Notes: a model not told the origin generated them from the letters alone. Numbered from the stretch's first letter, positions 18,469-29,650 are shown. The stretch is DNA of 59,455 nt from Acidimicrobiales bacterium (GCA_041576015.1 JBFGLT010000002.1:1-59455); one strand, 5' to 3'. Numbers and translations are program-made.

Positions 18469-21075
18469 CTACACGGTCCTGACCCCGGCCAGGGGGTTGG
18501 CCGGCCAGCGGCGAAGGGTTGCCCCAGCTTCGACGGCGATCACCCCGTCGTCGGTGCACAGGAGCGGGTTGAGATCGACGCGGGCGAGATCGGGGACGCA
18601 CGCCGCCAGCTCCGAGAGTCGTTCACACAGCGGGCGGATCACCTCGGGATCCACACCGCCGAGAAGGCCATGGACGCTCGGCTGCGAAAGCAGCTCATCG
18701 AGGTCGGCGCGGTCGGCGGGTACGACAAGTTGGGCGATGTCGGGCAGGTTGGACCGGCTCAGCCCGCCAATGCCGAGGAAGACGTGTGAACCGATCGCCG
18801 GATTCTGTTCCAAGCGGAGGCGAACGTGCGCTCCGGTCGTCTGCATCGACTGGACGATCATCGGCCGGTCGTCGCCACCACCCATCCGATTGAAGGCCCT
18901 CCGGAGATGCTGCCGGTGGCGGATGTCGAGGACGGTGCCGCCCGCTTCCCCGGCGAGCCGGCTGACACGCCAGCTCGCTTTCAGGGCAATCGGAAAGCCC
19001 AGCTCCTCGGCGGCGGCGGTGGCCTCCTTGGTCGACCGGACGACGATCGCGTCGGCAACCGGGATCCCCAAGGCCTCGAAGAACCGGCCGCCGTCCTCAT
19101 CGGACAGATCGACCTCTCGTTCGTCCTCCTCGCCGAGCAACCCGTCCACCACCCCGGCCAACGGCTCACACAAATCCTCGCCGTAGGTGGGCACCGGTTC
19201 GGTGTGGGCCCTCCGCCAGGCGGCGTAGGTTGTCATACGGCCCAGGGCGTTGGCTGCCTGTTCGGGGAAGGCGAACGTCGGTGGGTTGGCGTTGTGGGTG
19301 AGGTCACCGACCAGGTTGACGGCGACGACCGGCTTGTCGACAGCTCGGTCCACGTCGCTCACGATCCGGTGGAGCTCCGATGGCGGCAGGGTCAGCGTCG
19401 GGACGAGTGCCAGGAACACCGAGTCGACCGACTCGGACACGGCGGCCGCCACCACCGCACGCTCGAACGCCTGGGGCTCGGCGTCAGGGGCGATCGAAAG
19501 TGTGTGACCGTCGGAGGTGAGGACCGAGCGATCGCCCGAGAGCGCTCCCTGCTCGGTGAGGGCCGACGGGGCAACGACGTCGAGTCCCGCGCGCTGACAG
19601 GCAGCTCGGGCCAGGGTGGCCACCGAGGCTGCATTCGAGACGATCACCACTCGCTTCCCGCCTGGGAGGGGCTGCTCGCTGAGCAACTGAACCTGATCGA
19701 CGAGGTCGGCGACCTGATCGACCAGTACCACTCCCCCGGCCTTGGCCACCGACGCCAGATTCCCGTCGGCGGGAGCGACGGCGACCACCGGTTTGATGGC
19801 GCTGATCTGGCGGGCGACCTTGACGAAGTTGCGCGGGTTTCCAAAGTTCTCCAGATAGAGGGCGACCGTGGTCGTCCGCTGATCCCCGAGCCAGTACTGG
19901 AGCACGTCGTAGGCGGAGACGTCGGCCCTGGTGCCCACGGAGAGAAACGTGCTGACACCGAGGTTCTCGACCGAGAACTGGTTGAGGAGGGCAGCGCCGA
20001 GCGGACCGGACTGTGAGAGCAGCCCGATCGAGCCGGCGGGGATGTCGACGGGGAGGAAATGGGCGTTGAGCGACACCTCAGGATCGGTGTTGACCAGGCC
20101 GTAGCTGAGCGGGCCGACCAGGCGAATGCCACAGCTCCGGACGAGATCGACGAGCTCGGTGAGCCGCTCGGCGCCTTCGGCCCCCGCCTCGGTGAATCCG
20201 GCCGCCACGACCAGGATCGCCTTGACTCCGGCCTCACCGCACTGCTGGACCGCATCGAGGACCCCTTCGGCAGGAATGCAGACGATGGCCAGCTCGGCGC
20301 CGTCGGGCACGTCGCCGATCCGCTTGAATGTCGGCACGCCGAGGATGTCTTTTCGGGCCCGCCGGTTGATGGCCGACAGTCGCCCGGTGTAGCCCCCGTC
20401 GAGAATGGACTTCAGCACCTCGTGGCCGGCCGATCCGGGCGTGCGAGATGCGCCGATCACCGCCACCGAGGATGGTCGAAAGAAACGAGCCACAGCCGAG
20501 CTCCGGGCCCGCTGCTCACGAGCGTCGATGGCGGCCTGGGCGGTCGACCCGACGGCGATGGACATCGTCACGGCGATGGCGCCGTCCTCGAAGCGGGTGG
20601 AGACGTTGAAGCCGGCGTTCTTGAAGACCCCGAGCATGCGGTAGTTCTCCGGGAGCACGGTGGCGGTGAAGGTGGTGATGCCGCGGTCGCGCGCCCGCTG
20701 GGCGAGGTACTCGAGCATCAGCGTGGCCAGCCCTCGATCGTGGTGCTGGTCGTCGACGAAAAAGGCCACTTCGGCGGCCGATCCGCCCTCGCCCTCGTAC
20801 CGTGAGACGGCCACCATTTCGTCACCGATCAAGGCGACGAACGCCATCCGCTCCTCGTAGTCAACGTTCGTGAAGTAGGCGACCTCCTTGTCGCTCAACT
20901 CCGGCCGGTACCGGAAGTAGCGGAAGTAGATGCTTTCCTGTGACTGCCGGTTGTGGAACCGCACCAGCCGGTCTGCGTCCTCGGGCCGGATGGGGCGGAC
21001 CCGTACGGTCGCCCCATCCTTGAGCAGAGCGTCGGTTTCCCACTGCGACGGGTAACCATCGGGCAACTGGGTCAC
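18469..21075 (-). CDS. Bifunctional GNAT acetyltransferase / ADP-forming acyl-CoA synthetase-like protein (Pat-type protein lysine acetyltransferase architecture)
   Basis: 868 aa. N-terminal GNAT (AFFVDDQHHDRGLATLMLEYL), then a CoA-binding domain (FFRPSSVAVIGASRTPGSAGHEV), succinyl-CoA-synthetase-like and ATP-grasp-like regions. Confidence 0.85.
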   Translation of the reverse strand: MTQLPDGYPSQWETDALLKDGATVRVRPIRPEDADRLVRFHNRQSQESIYFRYFRYRPELSDKEVAYFTNVDYEERMAFVALIGDEMVAVSRYEGEGGSAAEVAFFVDDQHHDRGLATLMLEYLAQRARDRGITTFTATVLPENYRMLGVFKNAGFNVSTRFEDGAIAVTMSIAVGSTAQAAIDAREQRARSSAVARFFRPSSVAVIGASRTPGSAGHEVLKSILDGGYTGRLSAINRRARKDILGVPTFKRIGDVPDGAELAIVCIPAEGVLDAVQQCGEAGVKAILVVAAGFTEAGAEGAERLTELVDLVRSCGIRLVGPLSYGLVNTDPEVSLNAHFLPVDIPAGSIGLLSQSGPLGAALLNQFSVENLGVSTFLSVGTRADVSAYDVLQYWLGDQRTTTVALYLENFGNPRNFVKVARQISAIKPVVAVAPADGNLASVAKAGGVVLVDQVADLVDQVQLLSEQPLPGGKRVVIVSNAASVATLARAACQRAGLDVVAPSALTEQGALSGDRSVLTSDGHTLSIAPDAEPQAFERAVVAAAVSESVDSVFLALVPTLTLPPSELHRIVSDVDRAVDKPVVAVNLVGDLTHNANPPTFAFPEQAANALGRMTTYAAWRRAHTEPVPTYGEDLCEPLAGVVDGLLGEEDEREVDLSDEDGGRFFEALGIPVADAIVVRSTKEATAAAEELGFPIALKASWRVSRLAGEAGGTVLDIRHRQHLRRAFNRMGGGDDRPMIVQSMQTTGAHVRLRLEQNPAIGSHVFLGIGGLSRSNLPDIAQLVVPADRADLDELLSQPSVHGLLGGVDPEVIRPLCERLSELAACVPDLARVDLNPLLCTDDGVIAVEAGATLRRWPANPLAGVRTV

Positions 21076-21129
21076 CGGGCCACCCTACCGCTCGGTCAGA
21101 TCGCGGCCCGGTGCCACCGGCCACACCGG

Positions 21130-22962
21130 CTAGGGGTGGTCGAGCAGCCTGCTCAGACCGGTGGCGCGACGGATGGGTGTGCGGATGGCCGACGCGACCG
21201 CTTGCTCGGTTGCGACCAGGGTGACCTCCCGGCGGGCTCTGGTGACGCCGGTGTAGAGCAGTTCCCGAGTGAGAATCGCCGACCCCTGTTCGGGCAGGCA
21301 GACGATGGCATGATCAAACTCCGATCCCTGGCTCTTGTGGATCGTCATCGCCCACCAGGTGTCGACGTTGTCGAGGAGCTGGGGCGGAAGGCCTTCGGGA
21401 TTCGCCGATCCGGGAAAGAAGAGCCGCCGCTGGCGGTCCTCGAGGGCCACGATGCCCGTGTCACCGTTGAACAGGTTGAGCAGGTAGTCATTGACGGTCA
21501 CGATCAGTGGCCGGCCGACGTACCAGCGACCCCGGTGCACCCTGTCGGTCGTGGCCGACAGGACCCCGGTCTCGATCTGGTGCTGCCAGCGGTCCCGACC
21601 ATTGGGTCCTCGTCGGAGGGCGCACAGGACCTTGAGTCCGCCGGCCAGATCAGCGGCCGCCACGACGTTTCCCCTCCTCGCCTCGGCGAGTGCCGCCCGG
21701 CCCTGTTCGACCGCTGTGGCCAGCACATCGCCGGCCCGATCGGGGTCGACCAGGCGCACGTCAGGATGGACCGTCCCGTGGAGCAGGTCGAGCGCACTGT
21801 CCACCTGGCCGCGCCGGATGGCCTCGGCGAGCGCGTGGATGCCCGAATCGACCGCGAAGCGGCGTGCATCGGTGAGCGTCGTCACCGAGCCGACCAGCGA
21901 GCCCGCGGTGGAAGTGACATCACCGAGCACCGCCCCGGCCTCGACGCTGGCGAGCTGGTTCGGATCGCCGACGAGAAGGAGCCGGCCGTCGGGCTTGATC
22001 GCTCGGAGCAGGCGGGACATGAGCGGCAGGGACACCATCGAGACCTCGTCGACGATCACGACATCGTGCGGCAGCGGATGGTTGTCGTCGTGGCGGAACC
22101 GGATGCCGTCGCCGACGCCGAGCAGGCGGTGCACGGTTGAGGTCTCGAGCGAGGTGACCCGGTCGGCGAGGTCGTCCGACAAATCGCCGGCAGCCTCGAT
22201 CATGGCTGCCTTCATGCGACTGGCAGCCTTGCCGGTGGGTGCAGCGAGGGCGACGGTGGAATCCGGTCGAGCGCGCAGCAGGGCGACGAGGAACCTGGTG
22301 AGGGTGAAGGTCTTGCCCGTTCCGGGTCCGCCGGCCAGGATCGAGAGTCGGTGCCCGAGCGCGTGTGCGACTGCGCTCCGCTGGAGCCCCGGCCCTTCGA
22401 AGAGGTGCTCGGCGGCCCCTGACGAGATCGGGTCGGCGAGCGGGATGTCCATCGCCCGCAACCTCTGGGCGACGTCGCACTCGTACCGGAAGTACCGATC
22501 GAGGTAGAGGAGGCCGTCTCGGTACAACAACGGTGGGGAGTCGCCGGTGACGTTGAGGACCGGCTCGGCTGGTGCGACGATCCCGGCGAGTGCCTTGGCC
22601 CCGGAGCCGCCGACGACGTCGACGGACCGGAACAGGCGGCACCAGGCCTCGGGGTCGGGCCAATCCAGTTCGTCGACCGACGGGCCGCCGGTCTCGCCGA
22701 CCGGCTGGGTCACGTCCACCGTCGCCGTGGCCGCCACCGACCGGAGATCGACCGCCACATGGCCGCGTTGAGGAGCACGGGAGGCCAGGGCAGCGGCGAG
22801 AACGATCCACCGGCGCGCCCGAGTGGTGAGGCCCGGTCCCAAGAGCGCCTCGACGAACGCGCCGAACGCGACATCGACCGCCGAGAGCACGCCGGCGTCG
22901 ACGAAGGGACCGAGGTGGTCGACCTCGGGAGGAACCTCGGGTATGAGGTGGAGGCGGGGCAT
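21130..22962 (-). CDS. recD: Exodeoxyribonuclease V alpha subunit
   Basis: Residue 150 onward of track ORF 21130..23409 (MPRLHLIPEV...). Walker A LAGGPGTGKTF, VVIVDEVSMVS, C-terminal AMTIHKSQGSEFD...LLYTGVTRAR. The ATG overlaps the recB stop (ATGA). Confidence 0.85.
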   Translation of the reverse strand: MPRLHLIPEVPPEVDHLGPFVDAGVLSAVDVAFGAFVEALLGPGLTTRARRWIVLAAALASRAPQRGHVAVDLRSVAATATVDVTQPVGETGGPSVDELDWPDPEAWCRLFRSVDVVGGSGAKALAGIVAPAEPVLNVTGDSPPLLYRDGLLYLDRYFRYECDVAQRLRAMDIPLADPISSGAAEHLFEGPGLQRSAVAHALGHRLSILAGGPGTGKTFTLTRFLVALLRARPDSTVALAAPTGKAASRMKAAMIEAAGDLSDDLADRVTSLETSTVHRLLGVGDGIRFRHDDNHPLPHDVVIVDEVSMVSLPLMSRLLRAIKPDGRLLLVGDPNQLASVEAGAVLGDVTSTAGSLVGSVTTLTDARRFAVDSGIHALAEAIRRGQVDSALDLLHGTVHPDVRLVDPDRAGDVLATAVEQGRAALAEARRGNVVAAADLAGGLKVLCALRRGPNGRDRWQHQIETGVLSATTDRVHRGRWYVGRPLIVTVNDYLLNLFNGDTGIVALEDRQRRLFFPGSANPEGLPPQLLDNVDTWWAMTIHKSQGSEFDHAIVCLPEQGSAILTRELLYTGVTRARREVTLVATEQAVASAIRTPIRRATGLSRLLDHP

Positions 22963-25900
22963 CAGACCACTCCCCTGTGCAGCAGATCCGAGAGGGCTGT
23001 GATCAGCGCAGGCGGAACCGCCCAGGTGAAGACGCCGGGCGAGCCGTCGTCGAGTTGGGGTGCGTTCGCACCGGTCATGCCACGTACGAACAGGTAGGCG
23101 GCGCCGCCGAGCTGTGAGTCGGGCCGGTAGTCCGGGCCGAGGCGCCAACGTAGGTAGCGGTGGAGGGCGACGAGATAGAGCAGGGCCTGGAGGGGATAGT
23201 CGTGGTGGATCATGGTGGAGACGAGCGCCTCCGGTCGGTAGTCCTCGACGGTGAGCGGGACACCGAACGTGCCGAGACGATTGGTCTTGTAGTCGACCAC
23301 GACGAAGCGCTGATCGGCTGAGCCCACCCGGAGGAGCGCGTCGATCGAGCCGGTCAGGTGACCGGCCAGGCGAGTGGTCATGGCGCCACCGGCGAGATCG
23401 GTGGCCCACGGACGCAGCGGGTCGGATGGGTCGAGGTGGTCGAGGGCCAGCCGGCCGATGTCGCTCGGGGTGGGACGGGATCCCGGTGCCAATCCGGGCG
23501 CCAAGGGGATCTCGAAGGACAGCTCGTCGAGGCGATCGACGAGCGTGAAGGATCGCAGTGCGCGCCCATCGAACATCGATCCGAGTGGCGTGTCCAGGGC
23601 CGCAGTGAGCCCGGCGACCAACCGGGTTCGGTCAGTGGCCCAGCTGGACCAGCTCACCGCATCGCCAACCTGTCGGTCGAGCTCGGCGGACAGCTCCGGG
23701 TGTGCGAAGTCGGCGTGTTCGAGGATCCTGTGCACCATGGTGCCGAACGCTGCGCCCCCGGGGAGGTCGCCGAGGGGAAGGGGTGATCCCTCGACATCGC
23801 TCTCGTCGACGGTGAACCCGTCAGGCGTCGCCTCGTCGGCGGCGCCGGGACCGGGCTGGGTCTCCTGCAGCAGCACCGACGCACCCTCTTCGACATAGCC
23901 CTGCGGCTGGACGCGCATGCCGCTGATCCGGGTGAACGACCATCGACGGGCCAGCCGGTCGAACGACCGGTCGATCGTGGCGATTGCCAGGTCGACCGGT
24001 TCGGGGCCGGAGCGCCGCTCCCACCGACGCTCCACGGTCGACGCAGGGTAGGGCACCGAGCGGAGCACACCACCGGACCGGGCGCCGGCGGTCACGAGCC
24101 GGGACGGGGGGCCACCGTCGGACGGCGCGTTCGGGGATCCATACAGCAGTTCGGCGGTCGGTCCGGCGACCCCTGGGCCGCAGTAGAGGACGCAGAGGTG
24201 CACCGCACGAGTCACCGCGACGTACACGAGACGGCGCAGCTCGCCCGCCTCGGCCGCTTCCGCCCGCTCGCTCCACTTCGACGGGCCTCCCATCGCCTTC
24301 TTGGAGGCGAAGTCGACCACCCGCTCGTGGCTGGGGACGTCGATCGCGTACGGCGCCCGGACGGTGGGTTTGGTGTGCACACCGAGCACGAACACGATGG
24401 GAAACTCGAGTCCCTTGGACCGGTGAATCGACATGAGCTGCACGGCGTCGTCGTCGGAGTCGGTCCGCCGCTCCGCTGCTTCGGCATCGCCGTCGTCGCT
24501 GCTCTCGGTCATCGATCGTTCGAGCTGTTCGATGAGGCCGTGGATGTTGCGAACCTGGCCGCCACTCTCGAGGAGCTCGCGAAGGTGGTCGAGGTCGGTG
24601 AGGTTCCGCTCCCCGGTCGATCCCATCAAGAGCTTCTCAACCAGCCCGCCATCGTGCCACACGCGGTCGAAGAAGGCGCTCACTCCGCTGGTGGCCAGCA
24701 CGTCGGCCCATGCGCTCAACTTCATCTGCAGGGCGGCGAGATCAAAAGACGAATCGGCCGACCGGTAGATGTCGACGGTGGACCAGTCGAGCCCGAGGAA
24801 CCACCCGACGGCGGCCGCCCGGACCCGGCGTAGACTGGCCGGACCGGCGACTGCCCGCAAGAGGGTGAGCAGTTGCGACGCCGCCTCGGTCAGGTAGACC
24901 GACCCGACGCTCGACGTGACGACCGGAACGTTCGCCCGCCGGAGCAAACGCTCGACCGGCGCTGCGTACGTGTAGCTGCGGACCAGCACCGCGATGTCAC
25001 CGGGCCGCACGGGACGCCGCCCACCAGCCGGGTCGGGAAGGCTGCCGGCGGTGAGCAGTTCCACGATCTGGTCGACGAGGTCAGCCGCCATCGAGGAGCG
25101 GTCAGACTCGGCCGACTTGCCGGAATCGCCTGCGTACCGGACTTCGACGCCGGATGCGACCATCTCCGTTCGCTCGAGGGGTTCTGGCGGAGCGGGACTG
25201 GGCTGGACCCGGTGGAAGGCGATCCGCTCGTCGCCGAACGTGAACCCGTCGAACAGCGCATCGGCAGCGCGAAGAAACAGAGGATCGCTGCGGAAGTTCG
25301 TTCCGAGGGTGTACCGCGCGGCTCCGGTCAACGAGTCGAGGTAGCTGTTGATGTCCGCACCCCGGAACCGGTAGATGGACTGCTTCGGGTCCCCGACGGT
25401 GATGAGCGTGCAGCCGGGAGCGTCGAACAGCCGCCGGAGCATCCCCCACTGGACCGCATCGGTGTCCTGGAACTCGTCGATCAACGCAACCCGGATCCGG
25501 CTGCGGACCGCCTCCACCGCCGGCGGCCCCAGAACGGGATCGGCAACGAGCCGTTCGGCTTCGATCAGCAGATCATCGAACCCCAGCACCGAGTTTCGAC
25601 GCCGGGTCGAGCGCACGCGGTCGACGACCCCCTCGATGACCTCGGCGGTCTCCTCGAGGTCGCGCCGGCTGTCGTGGCTCAGCTCGGCCAGTTCGGCCGG
25701 GTCGGGGAACAGCCGGACACGCGGTTTTTGCAGCATGAGCCGGGCCGCCGTGGTGACGGTGGTCGCCGACACCTCGGACCCACCGCTCAGCATGTGCGCA
25801 GTGATGACGTCGGCCACGGCGTCGGCGAGGGGGCGTTCGAGATCCTCGGCGAGCTCGGCATCGGGATCGGTGAAGGCGGCGAGTCCCTGCTCGGCCAGCA

Positions 25901-26303
25901 GGGCCTGCGCATAGGAGTGGATCGTCCCGATCGTGGCAGTGTCGAACTCGGCGAGGGCGGTCTCGACCCTGGCGAGCCAACGCTGGGCGGTCGCCGGATC
26001 ACGCCGGTCCAACGAGCTGAGGAAGGGGTCGTCGGACGGACCGGGGGTGCGACCGGCGACGATCGACGTGAGCCGGTGCTCGAGCTCGGTCAACCGGGAA
26101 CGGATGCGATCGCGCAGTTCGGCGGCCGCCGACTTGGTGAAGGTAACGACGAGGAATCCGCTCATCGGGACGTCGTTCTCGACAACGTAGCGGACCACGA
26201 GGGCGGCGATGGTGTAGGTCTTGCCGGTCCCGGCGCTGGCCTCCAGCGCCACCCGACCGGTCGGCAGGGGGGCGGTCGGATCGAAGATCCCGGCGACGGT
26301 CAC
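22962..26303 (-). CDS. recB: Exodeoxyribonuclease V beta subunit (UvrD-type helicase plus PD-(D/E)XK nuclease)
   Basis: Residue 154 onward of track ORF 22962..26762 (VTVAGIFDPTAPLPTGRVALEASAGTGKTYTIA). Helicase motifs present. C-terminal nuclease motif VVDYKTNRLG. The GTG overlaps the recC stop (GTGA). Confidence 0.9.
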   Translation of the reverse strand: MTVAGIFDPTAPLPTGRVALEASAGTGKTYTIAALVVRYVVENDVPMSGFLVVTFTKSAAAELRDRIRSRLTELEHRLTSIVAGRTPGPSDDPFLSSLDRRDPATAQRWLARVETALAEFDTATIGTIHSYAQALLAEQGLAAFTDPDAELAEDLERPLADAVADVITAHMLSGGSEVSATTVTTAARLMLQKPRVRLFPDPAELAELSHDSRRDLEETAEVIEGVVDRVRSTRRRNSVLGFDDLLIEAERLVADPVLGPPAVEAVRSRIRVALIDEFQDTDAVQWGMLRRLFDAPGCTLITVGDPKQSIYRFRGADINSYLDSLTGAARYTLGTNFRSDPLFLRAADALFDGFTFGDERIAFHRVQPSPAPPEPLERTEMVASGVEVRYAGDSGKSAESDRSSMAADLVDQIVELLTAGSLPDPAGGRRPVRPGDIAVLVRSYTYAAPVERLLRRANVPVVTSSVGSVYLTEAASQLLTLLRAVAGPASLRRVRAAAVGWFLGLDWSTVDIYRSADSSFDLAALQMKLSAWADVLATSGVSAFFDRVWHDGGLVEKLLMGSTGERNLTDLDHLRELLESGGQVRNIHGLIEQLERSMTESSDDGDAEAAERRTDSDDDAVQLMSIHRSKGLEFPIVFVLGVHTKPTVRAPYAIDVPSHERVVDFASKKAMGGPSKWSERAEAAEAGELRRLVYVAVTRAVHLCVLYCGPGVAGPTAELLYGSPNAPSDGGPPSRLVTAGARSGGVLRSVPYPASTVERRWERRSGPEPVDLAIATIDRSFDRLARRWSFTRISGMRVQPQGYVEEGASVLLQETQPGPGAADEATPDGFTVDESDVEGSPLPLGDLPGGAAFGTMVHRILEHADFAHPELSAELDRQVGDAVSWSSWATDRTRLVAGLTAALDTPLGSMFDGRALRSFTLVDRLDELSFEIPLAPGLAPGSRPTPSDIGRLALDHLDPSDPLRPWATDLAGGAMTTRLAGHLTGSIDALLRVGSADQRFVVVDYKTNRLGTFGVPLTVEDYRPEALVSTMIHHDYPLQALLYLVALHRYLRWRLGPDYRPDSQLGGAAYLFVRGMTGANAPQLDDGSPGVFTWAVPPALITALSDLLHRGVV

Positions 26304-29300
26304 CCGAGGTCCTTCTCGTCGTCCACCGATTGCCGGAACAACTCGTCGAGCGCTCCCTCGAGCCGGAGGAAACGAGACGGTTGGTCCGGGTCTCCGGGGT
26401 CGCCGGAATGGGCCGGGATGCCGAGCAGCGCCTCTTCGCTCAGGCGGCCATGGGTCAACAGGACATACGGATCGGTCGCCAAACCGGTGATCGCATTCGA
26501 CCATCCGGTCGGGTAGCCGTTCTTGGAGGTCACCTTGGCGAATACCGGCAGGGGTTCGCAGATACCGGTGCGGGCCAGCTGGAGCAGCGCTGCGGCGACC
26601 GTGCCCGCCGTGCGGGCCCGATCGGCCCCGTGCCGGCCTCGGACGGTCATCCGGTGCCACTCGACCGTGACCCCCTTCCTCGTCGACTTCGTCCTGGCCA
26701 CCGCCAAGCCCATCCATGCCGTGTCCGGGTGCTGGAGGGTGAGGAGGCACAGGTCGACCCACAGCCGGATGCGTAGCCGTTTGTCGTACTTGCTGGCTGA
26801 GAGATGGATGGGTCCCGTGGCTGACCGCGGGACGGTGTGGGCGATGTGTCCGGTGATCCTCGCCCCGTCGAGCTCGACGGCCAACGACACCGGCTCACCG
26901 GAGCCGCCACCCGCAACGCTGTGAACGACCTGATGCATGCGGTTGGCGAGTTCTGAGAGCTCGGTCATCTTGGCTACGCCCACGGCGGCGGGCGGGTAGA
27001 GGCCCCTCGCCCGCAAGACCGATCCGAGGTGCTCGATCGTCTGACCGTCGCGCACCGCCTCGATGAATGCCGAGAGCGTCGACCAGTCCTGGAGGTGGTC
27101 ACCGCCCACGGGCAGCCGGTCGCTTGGCCCCTCCGACGCCGAGCCGACCGTGGCGTCGAGGCGCCGCCTGAGAAAGAACTTCGGGCCGTGCAGCAGCAAC
27201 TCGACCAGATCATCGCGGGTGACCTCGATCCCTGCCGGCGGGGCGAGAGCAGGTGGCTGTTCCTCGACCGAGGTCACCGCTCGCGCCCGTGCTCGAGCGG
27301 CCCGCAGCGCTCTCGGGTCGAAGCTGACGGGCCGCTGCCCGTCGAAGTTGGCGGGATGGTGCGCATGCCGGGTGTGGTCGATCTCGACCAAGTCGTGCAG
27401 CGCCGGCCGGTCGGCGACGGCGACGAGTTCGTCGAGCTCGCCGAGCAGCTCGGACACTGCCACCCCGCGTGGCACCGTGGCGTTGGTGCGGAGATCGCTT
27501 CCGGTGCGGGTGATCACCAACCGCTCGCCGGCCGACAGCACCAGCTCGAGCAACGCCTGGCGTTGATCCGCACGCGGGTCCGGGTCCCCAAACTCTGGTT
27601 GGGAGGCGACGAGATCGTCGCCGCTCGGCGACACCGAGACCATCGACGCATCGTCGAGCCCGAGGATGCAGACCATTCGATGGGGTACCCACCGCAACGG
27701 ACGAAGCGACGTGATGGTGATCCCCCCATCGAAGAACCGGGGTCGGGCCGCCCGCTCGGTGAGCGCTTCTGTGAGGATCTGCCGGATTTCGTGGATGGTG
27801 ACCGGCGTCTGGCTCCCCCCGCCCAGGACGGCGTCGTCGACAACGGCGGCGATGGCCGCTCGAGCCCGCTCGAGCTGCCACCGCTCCTGGACCGGGACAT
27901 CGAACAGCTGGCCGACCGCGCCGCTGAGCCGCCGGTTCCACTCGGCCGGGGTCGCCGGTTGAAGCCACTCGGCCTCGATCGCTTCGAGGCGCCGGACCAC
28001 GGCGATCAGCCGATTGAGCGTGTCGACCCCACCGCCCTCGACCCCCCAGGCCGGCGTGTGGGCGGGTCCCATCATCGGCTCGTCGTCGTCGATCGCCATG
28101 CCGACGACGAGTTGCTGCAATCCGAAGCTCCACGTGTTGGTGGCCAGATCGGGGAGGTCGTTGTGGATGCGGTTGCCCTCGTTGAGGCCCCATCGCACCG
28201 CTGTGTTCTCGACCCACCCGGTGATCCGATCCAGTGCGTCGTCGTCGAAGCCGAAGGCCCCCCGGACCGGGGTGACCCCCAGGAAGTCGAGGAGCCCCGA
28301 CGCCGGATAGCGGCCCCCGACGAGATGCGCGAGGGCGATCAGAGCCGAACCGACGGTGTCGTCCTGCCGGAGCCCCCGGTCCGAGACCGCATACCGCAGA
28401 CGGGGAGGGCCGTCCCAGGCTACGCCGACGATCTCCGCCGACGGACCGAACACACCAGGGACGAGCGGGGCAAACGTCGCCAGGTCGGGGCAGACGATCA
28501 AGATGTCGGCCTCCCCGAGGGTCGGATCGTCCCGGAGGCCGGCGAGCACCGCATCCCGAAGCACCTCCAGCTGACGGAGGGGCCCGGCACAGCCGTGGAT
28601 CCGGATCGACTCGTCCGGCCCCTCGACGGGTTCGGGGTCGGGCGCTGCGTCGCTGCGCAGGTGGCGCTGCAGCCGGCCGAGCAGGTGATCCGGCCGGCTG
28701 CCGGGGCCGGAATCGGCGCCCGCCGGCGGCGCCGGTCCGACCGGCTCGGGCGCCGGCAGTCCATACCGTCGCAGCGCCAGCTGTGCCTCTCGAGCCGGCC
28801 GGCCCCAGCTCCGAAGGAGCGGCTGGCGGACCCGAGCGGTCGAGCCGTCCTCGGCCCGGAACAGCGAGCCGGATCCGAAGCCCTCGTCGATCAACCGATC
28901 GGTGGTCCGGTGGGCCGGGTCGAGGAGGTAGAGGGAAACGTCGTGACGGGTGCCGAAGGCCACGAGGAGGTCGCCGAAGGCGGCGCCGCCGGGCAGGGTC
29001 GAGAGCCCGAAGAACCCGAATCGGGGTGGGAGGTCGACCGAGATTCGCCCATCGGCCACTCCGCGGAGCAGATCGGGCAGTCGCTCCGCGGGCGACGGCG
29101 ATCCGATCGCCTCCCGGAGCAGGCCGAAGAGGTGCGGCTGCCAGCGGTCCTGGACGGCGAGGGAGGCCCCAGCCGGTCCGATCGGGCGGGACTCCAGCCA
29201 CGCCCGGAGCATGGCCGGTCGGCGAACCGCATACCGATCGAACAGGTCGGCGATGCGCCGGGCTCGCCCGTACCAGGTGGCGGACTCGGGCAGCCGGGCA

Positions 29301-29650
29301 ATCGACGCGAGCTGGGGATCGCCGATCCGATCGATGAGGACCCGGTGGAGCGTCCACGCCATCGGACGAATCGCCCACGGATCGCTCGCCGGATCGGCGT
29401 CCCCAGCGAGCAGGCGCGACCTGAGCACCCCGGGAAACGGCATGTCGATGTTGGCTGCCACCCCATCGCCGGCCCCGTCGAGCGCGCCGAGGGTGGACGC
29501 CAGCCGGAGTTTGAGCCATCGTTGGAGGCCCACAGAAGGGACCGCCACCAGCTCGGGTTGCATCGGATCGTCGAGCGGCCGGCTCAGCCGATCAGCCAGC
29601 CGGTCGGCCAGCGGTTCCAGCGAATCGCTGACGAAGATCGCCAGCGTCAA
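26300..29650 (-). CDS. recC: Exodeoxyribonuclease V gamma subunit
   Basis: 1116 aa with a TTG start. N-terminal LAIFVSDSLEPLADRLADRL...LQRWLKLRLA matches the RecC N-terminal pattern. Sits at the head of the recCBD order. Confidence 0.85.
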   Translation of the reverse strand: MTLAIFVSDSLEPLADRLADRLSRPLDDPMQPELVAVPSVGLQRWLKLRLASTLGALDGAGDGVAANIDMPFPGVLRSRLLAGDADPASDPWAIRPMAWTLHRVLIDRIGDPQLASIARLPESATWYGRARRIADLFDRYAVRRPAMLRAWLESRPIGPAGASLAVQDRWQPHLFGLLREAIGSPSPAERLPDLLRGVADGRISVDLPPRFGFFGLSTLPGGAAFGDLLVAFGTRHDVSLYLLDPAHRTTDRLIDEGFGSGSLFRAEDGSTARVRQPLLRSWGRPAREAQLALRRYGLPAPEPVGPAPPAGADSGPGSRPDHLLGRLQRHLRSDAAPDPEPVEGPDESIRIHGCAGPLRQLEVLRDAVLAGLRDDPTLGEADILIVCPDLATFAPLVPGVFGPSAEIVGVAWDGPPRLRYAVSDRGLRQDDTVGSALIALAHLVGGRYPASGLLDFLGVTPVRGAFGFDDDALDRITGWVENTAVRWGLNEGNRIHNDLPDLATNTWSFGLQQLVVGMAIDDDEPMMGPAHTPAWGVEGGGVDTLNRLIAVVRRLEAIEAEWLQPATPAEWNRRLSGAVGQLFDVPVQERWQLERARAAIAAVVDDAVLGGGSQTPVTIHEIRQILTEALTERAARPRFFDGGITITSLRPLRWVPHRMVCILGLDDASMVSVSPSGDDLVASQPEFGDPDPRADQRQALLELVLSAGERLVITRTGSDLRTNATVPRGVAVSELLGELDELVAVADRPALHDLVEIDHTRHAHHPANFDGQRPVSFDPRALRAARARARAVTSVEEQPPALAPPAGIEVTRDDLVELLLHGPKFFLRRRLDATVGSASEGPSDRLPVGGDHLQDWSTLSAFIEAVRDGQTIEHLGSVLRARGLYPPAAVGVAKMTELSELANRMHQVVHSVAGGGSGEPVSLAVELDGARITGHIAHTVPRSATGPIHLSASKYDKRLRIRLWVDLCLLTLQHPDTAWMGLAVARTKSTRKGVTVEWHRMTVRGRHGADRARTAGTVAAALLQLARTGICEPLPVFAKVTSKNGYPTGWSNAITGLATDPYVLLTHGRLSEEALLGIPAHSGDPGDPDQPSRFLRLEGALDELFRQSVDDEKDLG